From the NCBI GenBank assembly GCA_963823665.1, contig CAWGMQ010000006.1:1600001-1664000 (forward strand): DNA of 64,000 bases, read 5' to 3'. Source of the DNA: an uncultured Planctomycetota bacterium (GTDB lineage Bacteria; Planctomycetota; Planctomycetia; Isosphaerales; Isosphaeraceae). Under the pieces are notes generated by a model. That model did no database searches. It was not told the DNA's origin and saw only the letters and a list, made by a program, of their open reading frames with translations. This document shows, one piece after another, positions 41,666-52,376 of the stretch (positions are counted from its first letter, which is position 1; the number at the start of each line of letters is the position of its first letter). A program made the translations under genes and the position numbers.

Positions 41666-43882
41666 TCAAGGCCCCCGCACATCGTGCGGCGGCACGGCTT
41701 CCCCCGCTGGCGACGAAGTCGTCCCAGGATTCGCTACGCCCCCATTCAACCTCGCCAAACGCTCCCGCTCCCGCGCCTCCTTCTCCGCACGTGCACGAAT
41801 CCACTCCCTCCGCCTGATTTCCTTCCACGCGTCCCGTCTCTCGTTATCCGTCAATGCCCGTCGAACCGGCTGAGTCGACCCACCAGATGCGCCCGCCTCC
41901 GCACCGCCCGCCGGAATTGGCTTCGTTTGCAAATTTGGCTTCGTTTGACAACCTTCAAGTCCCGAATCACCACCGGAATTCGTCGGAACACCAATAATCT
42001 CTTGAGGTTGTGCTATGCACACGTCATCACGCAAATTGGCTTCGTTCGGCGCTTTTTCACCGGTTTGACCCTCGTCGCCGCCCGCGGCACGCCCATCCTC
42101 CCGCGCCCGATCAACCGCTTCCGCCAGCCCCTCCTGCGTGACTTCACTCACACTTCCCGCATTCAGATCCATGTCGACTCGCTTGGCGTCCTCAGATTCG
42201 GAACCCAAGGTTTCAAGACTCGGCACTTCGTCCTCAAGCGCAGCCGGAGCCTCGTCCTCGAGCGCACCCGGAGCCTCGTCCTCAAGCGCAGCCGGAGCCT
42301 CGTCCTCGAGCGCAGCCGGAGCCTCGTCCTCAAGCGCACCCGGAGCCTCGTCCTCACGGCGAACGTACTTCTCCGGAAGATACCCCCCACACGCCAGAAC
42401 GTCCGATTCCTCCACCACGACCGAATCCCACCCGCGGCCCCTCCCATTCGGCGTAGCAGGCACACTCCGTGTGCCGTCCGCCCCGGCCTCATGGCCAATT
42501 TCAACGGCCGCGTTTGAACCACCATCCGCAACTGGCCCGCCGCGCCCACAATCACCCAGAGGTAGGTCCCCGTCCCCCAGACCCCGCCCCGAGCCCGCGT
42601 CTTGGGCGGGGGTCTCGAGACCCCGCCCTCCGTCCGACCGTAGGTCTCCTGTCCCCCCATCCCCATGTTGGCCGCCACTCTCCTGACCCCGCCCTCCGCT
42701 CTCCGTCCTCCGTCCCCCGTCCTCCGCCCTCCGTCCTGCCTCCCGCCCGTCTCCCCTCTTTCGACCGCCACCCGCGTTCTCTCTCCACCAAGCCGCCGAC
42801 TGCCCATCATACGGGCTAACATCTTTCCCAGGCACCGGCGGCAACGTCTCCGCATGGTTATCCGCCTTCCGCGCCCGTACCTCCTGCCGAATTACCTTGC
42901 CCCCTCGCTCCACCGACCCCTTGGCGCGCACGAACCATCGCCGCATCGCCTCAGCTTCCTTGGTATAAACAAATCCCTTGCGTCGCCTCGTCCGCGCAGG
43001 TTCATCCTTGATATGGGTGTCATGTTCCGCCGCAATGGCCCACACCCGCTCGATCTCGCCCTCCACCAGCTCGATCAGGCTCTGCCTGGCCTTCTCCTTT
43101 TCACCTTTGTGCGAAAGGTCAGGCCACGCCGCCGCGATTTCCTTCACATGGGCCTCGAGCGCCAGCTCATTCATATCGCTGAGCAGATCGTCAAACGGTT
43201 TGTTCACCGGCCGAAGCGCGTGGCTTGCCGCGAAAACCTCAGCGACCCTCCGGTCCGCCACGCCGTCCACAGGATGCCGCCCCAGCAACCTGATCATCAT
43301 CAGCCGATCGCCGCTTGCCCAGAATCGCTTGCGCGCCCGCTCAAGCAGTTCCTCCAGAACCTCCAGGATCCAGTAGCACCCCATCGCGCTCGATTCCAGT
43401 TTCCCCATGAGCTCTTGGGGCTTGATCCCCGGCGCAGTTTCGCTACCCCATGACGGCCCCCCCGGCTTCTTGTTGTTAAACCGACGGGTGCCATACAACG
43501 AAACCGGCACGCCTCGTGAATCGGTGAACAGCAAGTCGCCCGTCTCGCGCACCTCTTTGATCTCGTCGTCCTCGGCATTGTCGATCTGGCTTTGAGTGAG
43601 TTCCAGGTAGGCACCCCTCACCCGATCCATGTCGGACGCCAGGAACAGGTTGGCATTTAATAGAAACTCCTCGGGGTCACTCTCCACCCCATAATGCGCG
43701 GACCAGCGAAAGTATCGCGCTTCATACGCGATGCTTTCCTCCCGCGCGAGCTTCTCCCGCTCCGATCGGAAACCGTGTTTCCGACTGTTCCGAGCACTTC
43801 TAGCGCGTCCCCGCGGAGTCACAGGCCCGGTGGAGCGCAGGGCATTGCGCTGGTTCGCTGCGATTTGTGCTTCGGAGGCCAT
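41666..43882 (-). CDS. Hypothetical protein, IAANxxNA..STGP.T..G family, with low-complexity C-terminal half
   Basis: MASEAQIAANQRNALRSTGPVTPRGRARSARNSRKHG; APNEAN and QTKP motifs. Confidence 0.75.
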   Translation of the reverse strand: MASEAQIAANQRNALRSTGPVTPRGRARSARNSRKHGFRSEREKLAREESIAYEARYFRWSAHYGVESDPEEFLLNANLFLASDMDRVRGAYLELTQSQIDNAEDDEIKEVRETGDLLFTDSRGVPVSLYGTRRFNNKKPGGPSWGSETAPGIKPQELMGKLESSAMGCYWILEVLEELLERARKRFWASGDRLMMIRLLGRHPVDGVADRRVAEVFAASHALRPVNKPFDDLLSDMNELALEAHVKEIAAAWPDLSHKGEKEKARQSLIELVEGEIERVWAIAAEHDTHIKDEPARTRRRKGFVYTKEAEAMRRWFVRAKGSVERGGKVIRQEVRARKADNHAETLPPVPGKDVSPYDGQSAAWWRENAGGGRKRGDGREAGRRAEDGGRRTESGGRGQESGGQHGDGGTGDLRSDGGRGLETPAQDAGSGRGLGDGDLPLGDCGRGGPVADGGSNAAVEIGHEAGADGTRSVPATPNGRGRGWDSVVVEESDVLACGGYLPEKYVRREDEAPGALEDEAPAALEDEAPAALEDEAPGALEDEAPAALEDEVPSLETLGSESEDAKRVDMDLNAGSVSEVTQEGLAEAVDRAREDGRAAGGDEGQTGEKAPNEANLRDDVCIAQPQEIIGVPTNSGGDSGLEGCQTKPNLQTKPIPAGGAEAGASGGSTQPVRRALTDNERRDAWKEIRRREWIRARAEKEARERERLARLNGGVANPGTTSSPAGEAVPPHDVRGP
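42228..42355 (-). repeat. 24-bp coding tandem repeat (EDEAPxAL x5)
   Basis: Directly visible in DNA and translation. Confidence 0.9.
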
Positions 43883-43917
43883 ATCAGTGTAAACTCCCAT
43901 TTAAATAAGGTTCGTAT

Positions 43918-44062
43918 CCCTCCCCCCTTGTGGAGGAGGTGCCGCCGCAGGCGGCGGTGGCGGGTCGCGCACAGGTGAGGTGCCGCCGCAGGCGGCGGAG
44001 GGGGTCAGGGGCATACCGCCCCCCTTGCGGGGGAGGTGCCGCCGCAGGTGGCGGAGGGGGGG
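43918..44062. repeat. Three tandem REP-like palindromic units
   Basis: GAGGTGCCGCCGCAGG(C/T)GGCGG three times, two preceded by CCCCCTTG hairpins. Confidence 0.75.
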
Positions 44063-44815
44063 CGCTAAGGAAGAAACTCGTTCCGAAGGCGCACACCGTC
44101 GCATGACTTCGAAAACTCTTCCTTCATGTCACGAAATGTTGCTGGATGTTACTGATTTTGAAAAACTCACTCTCGCTTTCTCTCGCGGTTCTCGGCTTGG
44201 GCCAAGTCTTCGTCGCACGCTTGCCGCGAGCGCCAACGTCAGTGCCCGTTCGATCAACAACTCCGATCCTGTCACCCCAATCCAACGCGCGTTGTTTGTC
44301 ATGTTCATTATTGTGCACATTTGCCAACCGGCCTGAAAGGCCACAACAACAAGGCCCAGGGCGCCCGCCCTGGGTTTCCAAGGCACCGCCTGGGTTCCCA
44401 CTGGGGTTCCCAATTGGGTTCCCTTATCGCTATGTACAATATGCGACGACTTTGCAGACTCGACCCGCCGTCGACTGGGAAATTTCCAGAAAAAATCCGG
44501 GTTCCAGCGATCAAATCGAGTAAGTAAGAAAATTGATTCTGTATTTGCGCACTTTCGAAGCCGCCGTTGGGCCGACACGCCTGTCGGCCACGCCCCGGCC
44601 ATGTCCCGCGCCAACCAACCGCAGGCGTTATAAGGCGATGGGGCCACGACGGGACGCTGTCGACCGACTAACGACAACCGAGCAATTCCCACCCGCAGTG
44701 GACAAAGGAATAGAAATCCCGGTCTATGATAAAATCCCGCTCATCGCGCCCACGGTGCAGAAACCCCGCGCTGAGCCGGCGAAGCCCACCGCTCCAGTCG
44801 ACCGACTCTCAAGGG

Positions 44816-44947
44816 TTGCCCGATGCCCTGATCGAAAACCCGATCCTGAACTCCCCATTCGCCGCGCCCGCGCGTCACTTCAAATTCACAGATGAGGGCA
44901 TCATCAACGAAATCGCGCCCGACGCTCGGAAAGAGGTCGGTATCTGA
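44816..44947 (+). pseudogene. 5' fragment of a type III restriction (Res) subunit gene
   Basis: LIENPILNSPFAAPARHFKFTDEGIINEI resembles Res N-termini; stops after 43 codons. Confidence 0.6.
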
Positions 44948-45128
44948 CGTTCCTTTCCTTCACAGAAAGCGAGCCAATCGGCGACCGAGGCGACGAGCTG
45001 ATTACGCGGATTCCACCCAGCGGTCGGATTCATAGACAAACTGGTCGCGTCCGCGTTTCCCTCCCTTGCGAACAACTGCCTCCGACGCATCTCATCTTTC
45101 GGTTACAATGACCTGCGGAGGTGTCCCC

Positions 45129-45383
45129 ATGCCGATTCTCGAATTGAGCGACGCGCAAGTTGTGGATTTGGTGAAGCAGTTGCCACCGGAGCGCCAGCGC
45201 GCTGCACTGCTGGCGCTGGCTTCGGGTGCAGGGCAGCGGCGCGAGGAACGGATGCAATATGCCGAAGCGCAATTGCGACGTGCAAGCAGCGAACGCGGCC
45301 TGGATTGGGACACGATGTCGGACGACCAACGCCAAGATTTTATTGACGATCTTCTGCACGAGGATCGTCCGTGCGCAAAGTAG
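45129..45383 (+). CDS. Putative antitoxin
   Basis: GGAGG RBS; small ORF overlapping a downstream PIN gene. Confidence 0.65.
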   Translation: MPILELSDAQVVDLVKQLPPERQRAALLALASGAGQRREERMQYAEAQLRRASSERGLDWDTMSDDQRQDFIDDLLHEDRPCAK

Positions 45384-45560
45384 CGGTCTTCGATACCAAT
45401 ATCCTGTTCTCAGCAGTTGGCTGGAAGGGCAACCCGTTCCTGTGCCTTGAATTGGCACGCGCCGGCGCGGTCGACGGCGTGACTTGCCGCGAATTGCTCG
45501 ACGAGTTGGCGGAAAAGCTTCAATCGAAGCTCTCCTTCACTCCGGAACGGGAAAAGGTGT
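45371..45560 (+). pseudogene. PIN-domain toxin, truncated
   Basis: VAVFDTNILFSA...ELLDELAEKL, then breaks at the repeat GAAAAGGTGTCAGGAACCG. Confidence 0.7.
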
Positions 45561-45648
45561 CAGGAACCGAAAATCCGCCGCTCCGATTCACGCACGACGA
45601 AGGGGTCTTGCTCTCAAACTCAGACGGAAGCTTCGCCGGTACGACCAG

Positions 45649-46563
45649 CTACCACTCCCCCAGCGGACCGCCGTCGTTGGGATTGATAGCCTGGCTCCAG
45701 ATCGTTTGATTGATACCCGGAGTGATCTTGCGGACGCTTCCGTCCAGCATGGCGATGTTCATGATACTATGGAAGCTCTGACAAAGATTGGGGTTCGCCT
45801 GCATGGCAGTGATGCCGATCTGCGGTAGCGGGTAGCTCCCCGTGTAATTCGGTTGCCCCACGAGCTCATCCGGATTGGGCCAGTACGGTCCGTACGTGTT
45901 TGGGTAAGCCGGGTATGACCACGCCATGATGTTTTCGTAGGTTCCCGACTGCGGATCAACAGTGGGATATCCCGGAAAAGACCCGGCCGTCTCGAACAAA
46001 CCCATGGTGTTGGATGTACCATCGGGGATGGTCCCGATCCGATACGGCGATGGCTTCCCCTTGATATTGAACGTTCCGGCGGCGCCGAATAGCTCCAGGT
46101 TCATGCAATAGTTGGAAGTGGCGACCTGCCCGCCCAATATCGCAATTCCCTCGTTATTTGTCGTATCGGTGGGACAGATATGAATGCGCATCGGGGTGAA
46201 TTGGCTCCCCAGATAACCGGGAGTCGTGGTATTTTGCGTATACGTCGCAAAGATCGTGGACTGCTCGTAGTAGGGGAGCAATCCGTAAAACGCGCTTCCC
46301 TCGGCAGCCAAGCCAGTCTGCGAGTTGATGACCTGGAAAAAATTCGCAGCCGGCAACTGGCCGTCGTAACTGGTGGCGAAATTATGCGTGGATAGCATGA
46401 GCTGTTTCGAATTGTTGGCGCATTGCGTCACCCGGGCGGCTTCCCGCGCGGCCTGAACCGCGGGGAGAAGCAAGGCGATGAGTACGCTGATAATGGCGAT
46501 CACGACCAGAAGCTCAATGAGGGTAAAGGCCTGGCGAGGGCGGGGATGAAGGTTTCGACGCAT
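45649..46563 (-). CDS. DUF1559 prepilin-type N-methylation domain protein
   Basis: [44 protein letters not shown]...NIAMLDGSV. Confidence 0.93.
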   Translation of the reverse strand: MRRNLHPRPRQAFTLIELLVVIAIISVLIALLLPAVQAAREAARVTQCANNSKQLMLSTHNFATSYDGQLPAANFFQVINSQTGLAAEGSAFYGLLPYYEQSTIFATYTQNTTTPGYLGSQFTPMRIHICPTDTTNNEGIAILGGQVATSNYCMNLELFGAAGTFNIKGKPSPYRIGTIPDGTSNTMGLFETAGSFPGYPTVDPQSGTYENIMAWSYPAYPNTYGPYWPNPDELVGQPNYTGSYPLPQIGITAMQANPNLCQSFHSIMNIAMLDGSVRKITPGINQTIWSQAINPNDGGPLGEW

Positions 46564-46945
46564 GAAAATCTCCCGGAGACCAAACAACGGGGCAGACGTG
46601 ATGCGGTGACGGAGAAAAACTCGTGACAACCATCGAGTGTTACGATACTAGTGATCGTAATACTCGGACACAAGCAAGTGGATTTTTTTCCAGTACGGCC
46701 AGTCCGTGCCCTCTGCCCGCCTGCCATACATCGGGTCGTGAGTCGTACCAGCGGCGCTTCAGAGGTGGCCATCCGGTCACTTCGATCCGCGTACCGTGAC
46801 GGGAAAAAGACTTCGAACAATCGCTACCATCGCCCCGTCGCCCGCCCCAAAGAACCTCCACGGTACAACCCCGTTGTCCGCCACTCCGCCCGCCGGTATC
46901 CTCCCAGAATCATGGTCCCCCATCTGCCAATCCGGGAGCACAGCC

Positions 46946-47287
46946 ATGATCGACCAAGAACGATTCAATCTCCTTTACGGCTCCTACCTGCCCCCGAAAT
47001 GCAGGATCGGTGACAAGCTGCACTGTGAATACCGAGGCCGGGAGGTCACGGTCCGCGGCATGACAGGTGGTCGTATCCAGTGGCCGTATGCACGAGGTCC
47101 AGGACCGCCAGGCCCAATCGTTTGTGGCAGCCTGATCCAGGCCGTTCGCACAGAATCAGAAATTGTCGTGGCCTACCACTGGGGCGTGTCCACGACCACG
47201 GTCAAAAAATGGCGGCGGGCGCTGGAAGTGCCGGCCGTGAAAAATGAACCCTATCGCTTTACCTGGCATATGGCTACGAGAGGCTAG
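46946..47287 (+). CDS. Hypothetical protein, possibly truncated
   Basis: LLYGSYLPP...AVRTESE..VAYHWGVS.TTVKKWRRAL HTH-like segment. Confidence 0.6.
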   Translation: MIDQERFNLLYGSYLPPKCRIGDKLHCEYRGREVTVRGMTGGRIQWPYARGPGPPGPIVCGSLIQAVRTESEIVVAYHWGVSTTTVKKWRRALEVPAVKNEPYRFTWHMATRG

Positions 47288-47440
47288 CACCACCGGAGAA
47301 CAAAGCGAAGACGAAGGAGGCAGCCGCCCGCCCTGCGGTTCGTGAGAAAATGCGTGCGTCCCACGTCGGCCGTCCGGCGCATCCGAAGACTGCCGCGGCA
47401 ATTCGCGAATGCGCTTCCCAAACCCCGTTCCAGGGTCGCG

Positions 47441-47800
47441 CTATCTACTCAACTCGTACGCATTTGCCAGCCATTCACGGAGCTCGGCGTCGAAGTCGGC
47501 GGGCTTCGCCAACCGGATCTCATGATGATACCTGTTTGCGGAAACCCGTTCCGTTTTCTGCACGCGCGAACTGCTCCACTCGCGGTCCGCCTTGATCGTC
47601 AAGAGCAGGTAATCCCGACGGACCCGGACACCGGCCAACGCGGAGGAGCACGAGAGATGAATTGACGTCTTTTTCGGTTCCTCGCTGACCGGCCCGAGTT
47701 TCCGCAGCTCAGTCAGTAGCTGCTCGTACATCTTGCGGATCGCCGAATCCTTTCCGACGAAATGGCTATCGACGGTGACCGCCTGCGGCGTCTTCGACAT
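47441..47800 (-). CDS. DUF5655-like protein
   Basis: LGPVSEEPKKTSIHL...HHEIRL...DFDAELREWL.NAY. Confidence 0.75.
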   Translation of the reverse strand: MSKTPQAVTVDSHFVGKDSAIRKMYEQLLTELRKLGPVSEEPKKTSIHLSCSSALAGVRVRRDYLLLTIKADREWSSSRVQKTERVSANRYHHEIRLAKPADFDAELREWLANAYELSR

Positions 47801-47859
47801 TGGCCGTCTCCGAATCAATTAGCCGATCTCTCGTGACGCTCGCGGCAGACTCGCACGGC

Positions 47860-48315
47860 TTATTCAGGAGCCGATTCCGAGGCATGCCATGCGACGACCT
47901 GCCACTTATCAGACCGCCGCACATAGACCTTGGTGAATCGCCAATCGTCTTGCATCTCGCGACCGTTCAACTCACGCGACCGCCGGAGTCGCCCAGTGAC
48001 GACTGCGGCATCGCCGTACCGGCGCGCTCGGATTTCGGAGGTCTCGTATCGGCGAAATTTCATCCGTCCGCTACGCCAAATGGCGATCGCCTGGGGTTTG
48101 GTCATGACCGGCATCTTGGGGACGGTAACGACGAGGTCTTCCGCCCACAGGCCGTCGAGTTTGTCGGCATCCCCGGACCGGTGAGCGTCATTCCACAGCG
48201 TCTCAAGGCGAGAGAACTCGCTCAGTTCCAACGCGTTCGACTCTTGGTTTTTCGAGTTCTGTCCGATGGGAAGAGCCATCAACATGACCGCCAGAACGCA
48301 TAAACCCGATCGCAT
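47860..48315 (-). CDS. Secreted NTF2-like (DUF4440) protein
   Basis: LE..WNDAH..GD, RYGDAAVVTG, RFTKVYVRR..KWQVVAWHAS. Confidence 0.85.
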   Translation of the reverse strand: MRSGLCVLAVMLMALPIGQNSKNQESNALELSEFSRLETLWNDAHRSGDADKLDGLWAEDLVVTVPKMPVMTKPQAIAIWRSGRMKFRRYETSEIRARRYGDAAVVTGRLRRSRELNGREMQDDWRFTKVYVRRSDKWQVVAWHASESAPE

Positions 48316-48624
48316 CACCGGATCCTCCGCATGACCTAGCGCGAGCCAGCAGCTCGTATCGACCTCGCCAGACGCCGTTGTCCGAATCCTGAGGAACGCT
48401 ACCGACGGCGTGTCCGAGAACCCGTAGCCCCAAGAGTCTAACAACTGGGTTAGCGGAAACCAAGCCGACAGTCGCACGATGTCGCACGATGACAAGCGGC
48501 GTGCCGACCCACCATCCGATACTTCATCAACCCGGCCCAAAGGGGCGGAGCGTTGGCCGCCCTTCAGTACTTCAGCACGTACGCCGGTGACTTCGAGAGC
48601 CGATCTCTACTCCTTATGTACCAC

Positions 48625-48975
48625 GAGAAGCCAGACACCCACCCAATCTCCTCGAGAAGCCAGACACCGAGAAGCCAGACACCCACCCAATCTGATCGGG
48701 AGGAGCCAGGCGCCCAATCTCCTGGAGAAGCCAGACACCCACCCAATCTGATCGGGAGGAGCCAGGCGCCCAATCTCCTGGGGAGGAAAACGGGACGCAC
48801 CTAGTTTTTCATCCCAAAGGGGACGGACACGGGGAGGAAAACGGGACGGGAGGGAAACACGGGCGCGATTAGTTTGCCTATGCCTATGCTCCGGGAAGGC
48901 GGGACAGGTCCGATATTGCAAAGCGAGGCAAGCCCCCTCCTAGCACATATCGCCAAAATCGGAGCTGTCCCGCCT
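48625..48975. repeat. Cluster of direct and inverted REP-like repeats
   Basis: Exact 56-bp tandem duplication 48669-48724/48725-48780, partial copies from 48625; 22-bp inverted pair 48897-48918/48954-48975. Confidence 0.85.
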
Positions 48976-49462
48976 CCTTCTGTTCTTGAGAATAGGTGTT
49001 GCAACGTAAAAGAGAGCAAGATCAGCAACCGATACTGGGAAGGCTGACGGGCGTGTATGATATTCGCCTGCGAAGGCGGCGGGAATTTCACCCGCGTCCC
49101 AATTTCCACAAGCATTTGCCCCACATGCTGTTACGACATGGCGTCTAGCGGCTGGCCGGAACGTGGCCGGGAGGACGAGGCACTCCAGGAGCTTGTCGCC
49201 ATCTGGCATGGCTTGTCGCCGGAAGTCAGGCAGAAGATCATCAAATCTCGTTGCTACTCTGCCAATACAAACGGCCGTCCCATGTGTGAGGAGGATCAGG
49301 AATCCGTTTTGTGCAGTTTGAGAATGCGTCCGGTCAGGAGCCCTTGTCAGTAATGAACGGAAGCGCTGCCCGGACCAAATTGATTTGGCCCATGCCCTTA
49401 GCTTTGATCGAGTTGGCCCATTGCTCATCGGTTGTCTGTTCGAGAGGCGCCGGGAAAACATC

Positions 49463-50529
49463 ATGGAATACGCAACGCTCGGCAATACAGGTCTCCAGGT
49501 TTCAAAACTCTGCTTCGGAACCATGACATTCGGGGACGGCAGAGGGCTCTTCAAGGCCCTCAGCGCTGTGGGCCAGGCCGGAGCCGACGAACTGATCAAG
49601 GCGTCGATTGACAGCGGCATCAACTTCTTTGATACGGCGGACAATTACACGGAGGGTGAGAGCGAAAAAATTCTCGGGCAATCACTGAAAAACCTTAACA
49701 TCGCCCGGAAGGATGTGGTGATCGGGACGAAAGTCTATAGCCGCGTCGGCCCGGGACGAAACGATGTGGGGGCTTCTCGGGGCCACATTATGGACGGTGT
49801 CGAGGCCAGTCTCCTCCGTTTGCAGACCGACCATATCGACCTGTACCAGATCCATGCCAACGATTCCGTGACTCCTGTCGAAGAGACGCTTCGCGCTCTC
49901 GACACGCTGGTGCAGCAGGGAAAGGTCCGCTACATCGGCTGCTCCAACTGGCAGGCATGGAAGATCGCCAAAGCCCTCGGCATCTCCGAATTCAGGAACC
50001 TGGCCCGATTCGACACGCTTCAGGCTTATTACTCGCTCGCCGGCCGCGATCTCGAACGGGAACTCGTTCCCCTACTGGAATCCGAAAAGGTCGGTCTGCT
50101 CGTGTGGAGTCCGCTTGCCGGCGGCTTGCTTTCCGGCAAATTCAGCCGGACGAATCAGAAGCCTGCGGATTCACGCCGCACCGACTACGACTTTCCTGTC
50201 GTCGACAAAGAGCGGACCTGGAAGACCTCGACGTAATGGCTCCTATCGCGAAAGCCCACGGCTGTAGTCCTGCACGTCTCTCGATCGCATGGCTCTTGGC
50301 ACAGCCCGTGGTAACCTCGGTCATCATTGGCGCGAAACGCCTTGACCAACTTCAGGACAATCTCGCAGCGGTCGAACTCACACTCAGCCAAGATGAGCTT
50401 ACGCAGTTGAATGAGGTCAGCGCTCTTCCCCCTGAGTATCCTGGGTGGGCGCTGCCGTTCCAGGGAGCTGACCGTCTGGGGCCAAAGGATCGCAATGAGT
50501 ATTTACGCGAAGCGATCAAGCCGCGTTGA
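49463..50529 (+). CDS. Aldo/keto reductase (frameshift near 50225)
   Basis: LGNTGLQVSKLCFGTM, FFDTADNY, IDLYQIH, GKVRYIGCSN, WSPLAGGLLSGK. Confidence 0.95.
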
Positions 50530-50651
50530 TCCTGCAAATCTCCTCCCGACTGCCAGCAGGTCTGCTATCGCCTCGCCGATCCTCCGGCCGGTGGCCTGCT
50601 GGTAGAAGGCGAAGCCGCGCGATGAGTTGACCTCGGGGGTCTCGATGTGGA

Positions 50652-51446
50652 CTAATCGTGCAAGCCCATCTTTTCGGTGGCCATCGCCGCGATTCGTACG
50701 ATAAGAGATCGAGGCAGCAAACGAGGCAACCAGGTGGCGGCACGCACGCTCAGCCGACCGGGATAGGCGACGGCTTTCCCGCGATCGAAAGCCCTCAATA
50801 TTTCTCGAACGACCACTTCCGAACTGTCCATGTCCCGCGCAGACAAGGCGGTCGCAGTTCCATCAAAGAAGCTGGTCGCCGTCGGCCCGGGGCAAGCAGC
50901 CATCACACGAACACCCCTGTCTTTGAGTTCGTATTGCAGAGCTTCGCTGAAGTGGAGGACGAAAGCTTTGGCAGCCGCGTACGTAGCCATGTGCGGCAGA
51001 GGTTGAAAGGCCGAATTGGACGATAAGTTTATGATTCCGCCCCTGCCGCGAATTGCCATACCGCCTCCGAATTGGTGAGTGAGGGCGACAAGCGCTTGCA
51101 CGTTGACTTGAATCGCCGATTGCTCTTTCGTGATCTCGTGGGAAAGGAAGCTGCCGGTGAGTCCAAGTCCTGCATTGTTGATCAGAAGATCGATCTCAAT
51201 CCCTTGTCGCTCGAGCTCCGCCTCGATCTGGCTGACGGCGTCTGAATCGGCGAGGTCGGCGTTGAGGGCGACGCACTGCACGTCGTACTTGGCGGTGAGC
51301 CGGTCCGCGAGCCCCCGTAATGCGGCAACTGAGCGGGCGACCAGAACCAGGTTCATGGCACGCGCAGCAAGAGCATCCGCAAAGACTTCCCCTAGCCCTT
51401 TGGACGCCCCGGTGACCAGAGCCGTCGAACCACGGTAAACGAACAT
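50652..51446 (-). CDS. Short-chain dehydrogenase/reductase
   Basis: TGASKGLG, NNAG, YAAAK. Confidence 0.95.
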   Translation of the reverse strand: MFVYRGSTALVTGASKGLGEVFADALAARAMNLVLVARSVAALRGLADRLTAKYDVQCVALNADLADSDAVSQIEAELERQGIEIDLLINNAGLGLTGSFLSHEITKEQSAIQVNVQALVALTHQFGGGMAIRGRGGIINLSSNSAFQPLPHMATYAAAKAFVLHFSEALQYELKDRGVRVMAACPGPTATSFFDGTATALSARDMDSSEVVVREILRAFDRGKAVAYPGRLSVRAATWLPRLLPRSLIVRIAAMATEKMGLHD

Positions 51447-51457
51447 CTTGTGCTCGC

Positions 51458-51946
51458 TCAAAGGAGTGTCTGGAACATGACGTAGGCATCGACGAAACCG
51501 CGGGTCCCATGGCGGAAGGCACCAGGGAGGGTGCCGACGATGCTAAAGCCGAGCCGCTCCCACAGCTTGACCGCGGCCTCATTCGTCGAGACCACGAAGT
51601 TGAACTGCATGGCCCGATAGCCGAGGCGCCGTGCCTCTTCCAGGCAATGCTCACCCATAGCCCGGCCGATGCCGAGGCCACGAGCCGAGGGCGAGACCAT
51701 AAAAGCGGCGTTGGACACGTGCGAACCCAGGCCGGGCTGATTGGGTTTCAGAATATAGGTCCCGACCACCCGGCCCTCACTCTCGGCGACATAGGTTCGC
51801 GTACCGGGATGGAACCAATACGCTAACGCCTCCTCGCGGGGAATCTCGAGGTCAAAGACGTAGGTGTCTCCCGCAGCGACGACCGTCCGAAAAATCTCCC
51901 AGACGGCATCCCGGTCGCGTTTTAAAGCTTCGCGAATGGTGACCAT
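51458..51946 (-). CDS. GNAT N-acetyltransferase
   Basis: ARGLGIGRAM, FNFVVSTNE.AV.LW..LGF. Confidence 0.93.
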   Translation of the reverse strand: MVTIREALKRDRDAVWEIFRTVVAAGDTYVFDLEIPREEALAYWFHPGTRTYVAESEGRVVGTYILKPNQPGLGSHVSNAAFMVSPSARGLGIGRAMGEHCLEEARRLGYRAMQFNFVVSTNEAAVKLWERLGFSIVGTLPGAFRHGTRGFVDAYVMFQTLL

Positions 51947-52038
51947 CTCCGCGACCTCCTCAGTCGATTATGCGCGAATGCGGAGTTGCCTGACCATGCA
52001 CGGTCGCCCCGGACGAAGTTCGTTGTTTTTTTCTCCGT

Positions 52039-52092
52039 TGGGGAGGAAAGCGGGACGCAGCTAGTTTTTCATCCCAAAGGGGACGGACACGG
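52039..52092 (+). repeat. 54-bp direct repeat of 48779-48832
   Basis: TGGGGAGGAAA(A/G)CGGGACGCA(C/G)CTAGTTTTTCATCCCAAAGGGGACGGACACGG, 2 mismatches. Confidence 0.9.
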
Positions 52093-52376
52093 TGGTTGAA
52101 AGGCGCTATCCACAGGTTCTCGTGGGATCGAAAAAAAAATGCACATTAAGAGGCACCGTACGATATGACAAGAAACCCTCGGCGGCAACCCTTCGAACAT
52201 TCGGTGATTTCGTCGGTTTTCGGGCGGGTCTGCAGAGCAGAGTAGGCGAAGACGCAAGGCCTGTCCTGCATAACGGTTCCACTCGAGCACGATGTCACGT
52301 AGAATTTTCAGTTCCGAGAAGTGACCCCCAAACCCGTCTGGCATCGGTTGCCGGGAATCAACGGTGAGGTCCGATC

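Noticed and set aside
43918..44062. Mini CRISPR array
   Set aside because: Three GC-rich palindromic units with related intervening sequence fit REP-like repeats better
48625..48832. CRISPR array
   Set aside because: Intervening sequences are themselves duplicated rather than unique spacers, spacing is irregular, and no cas genes are in the window
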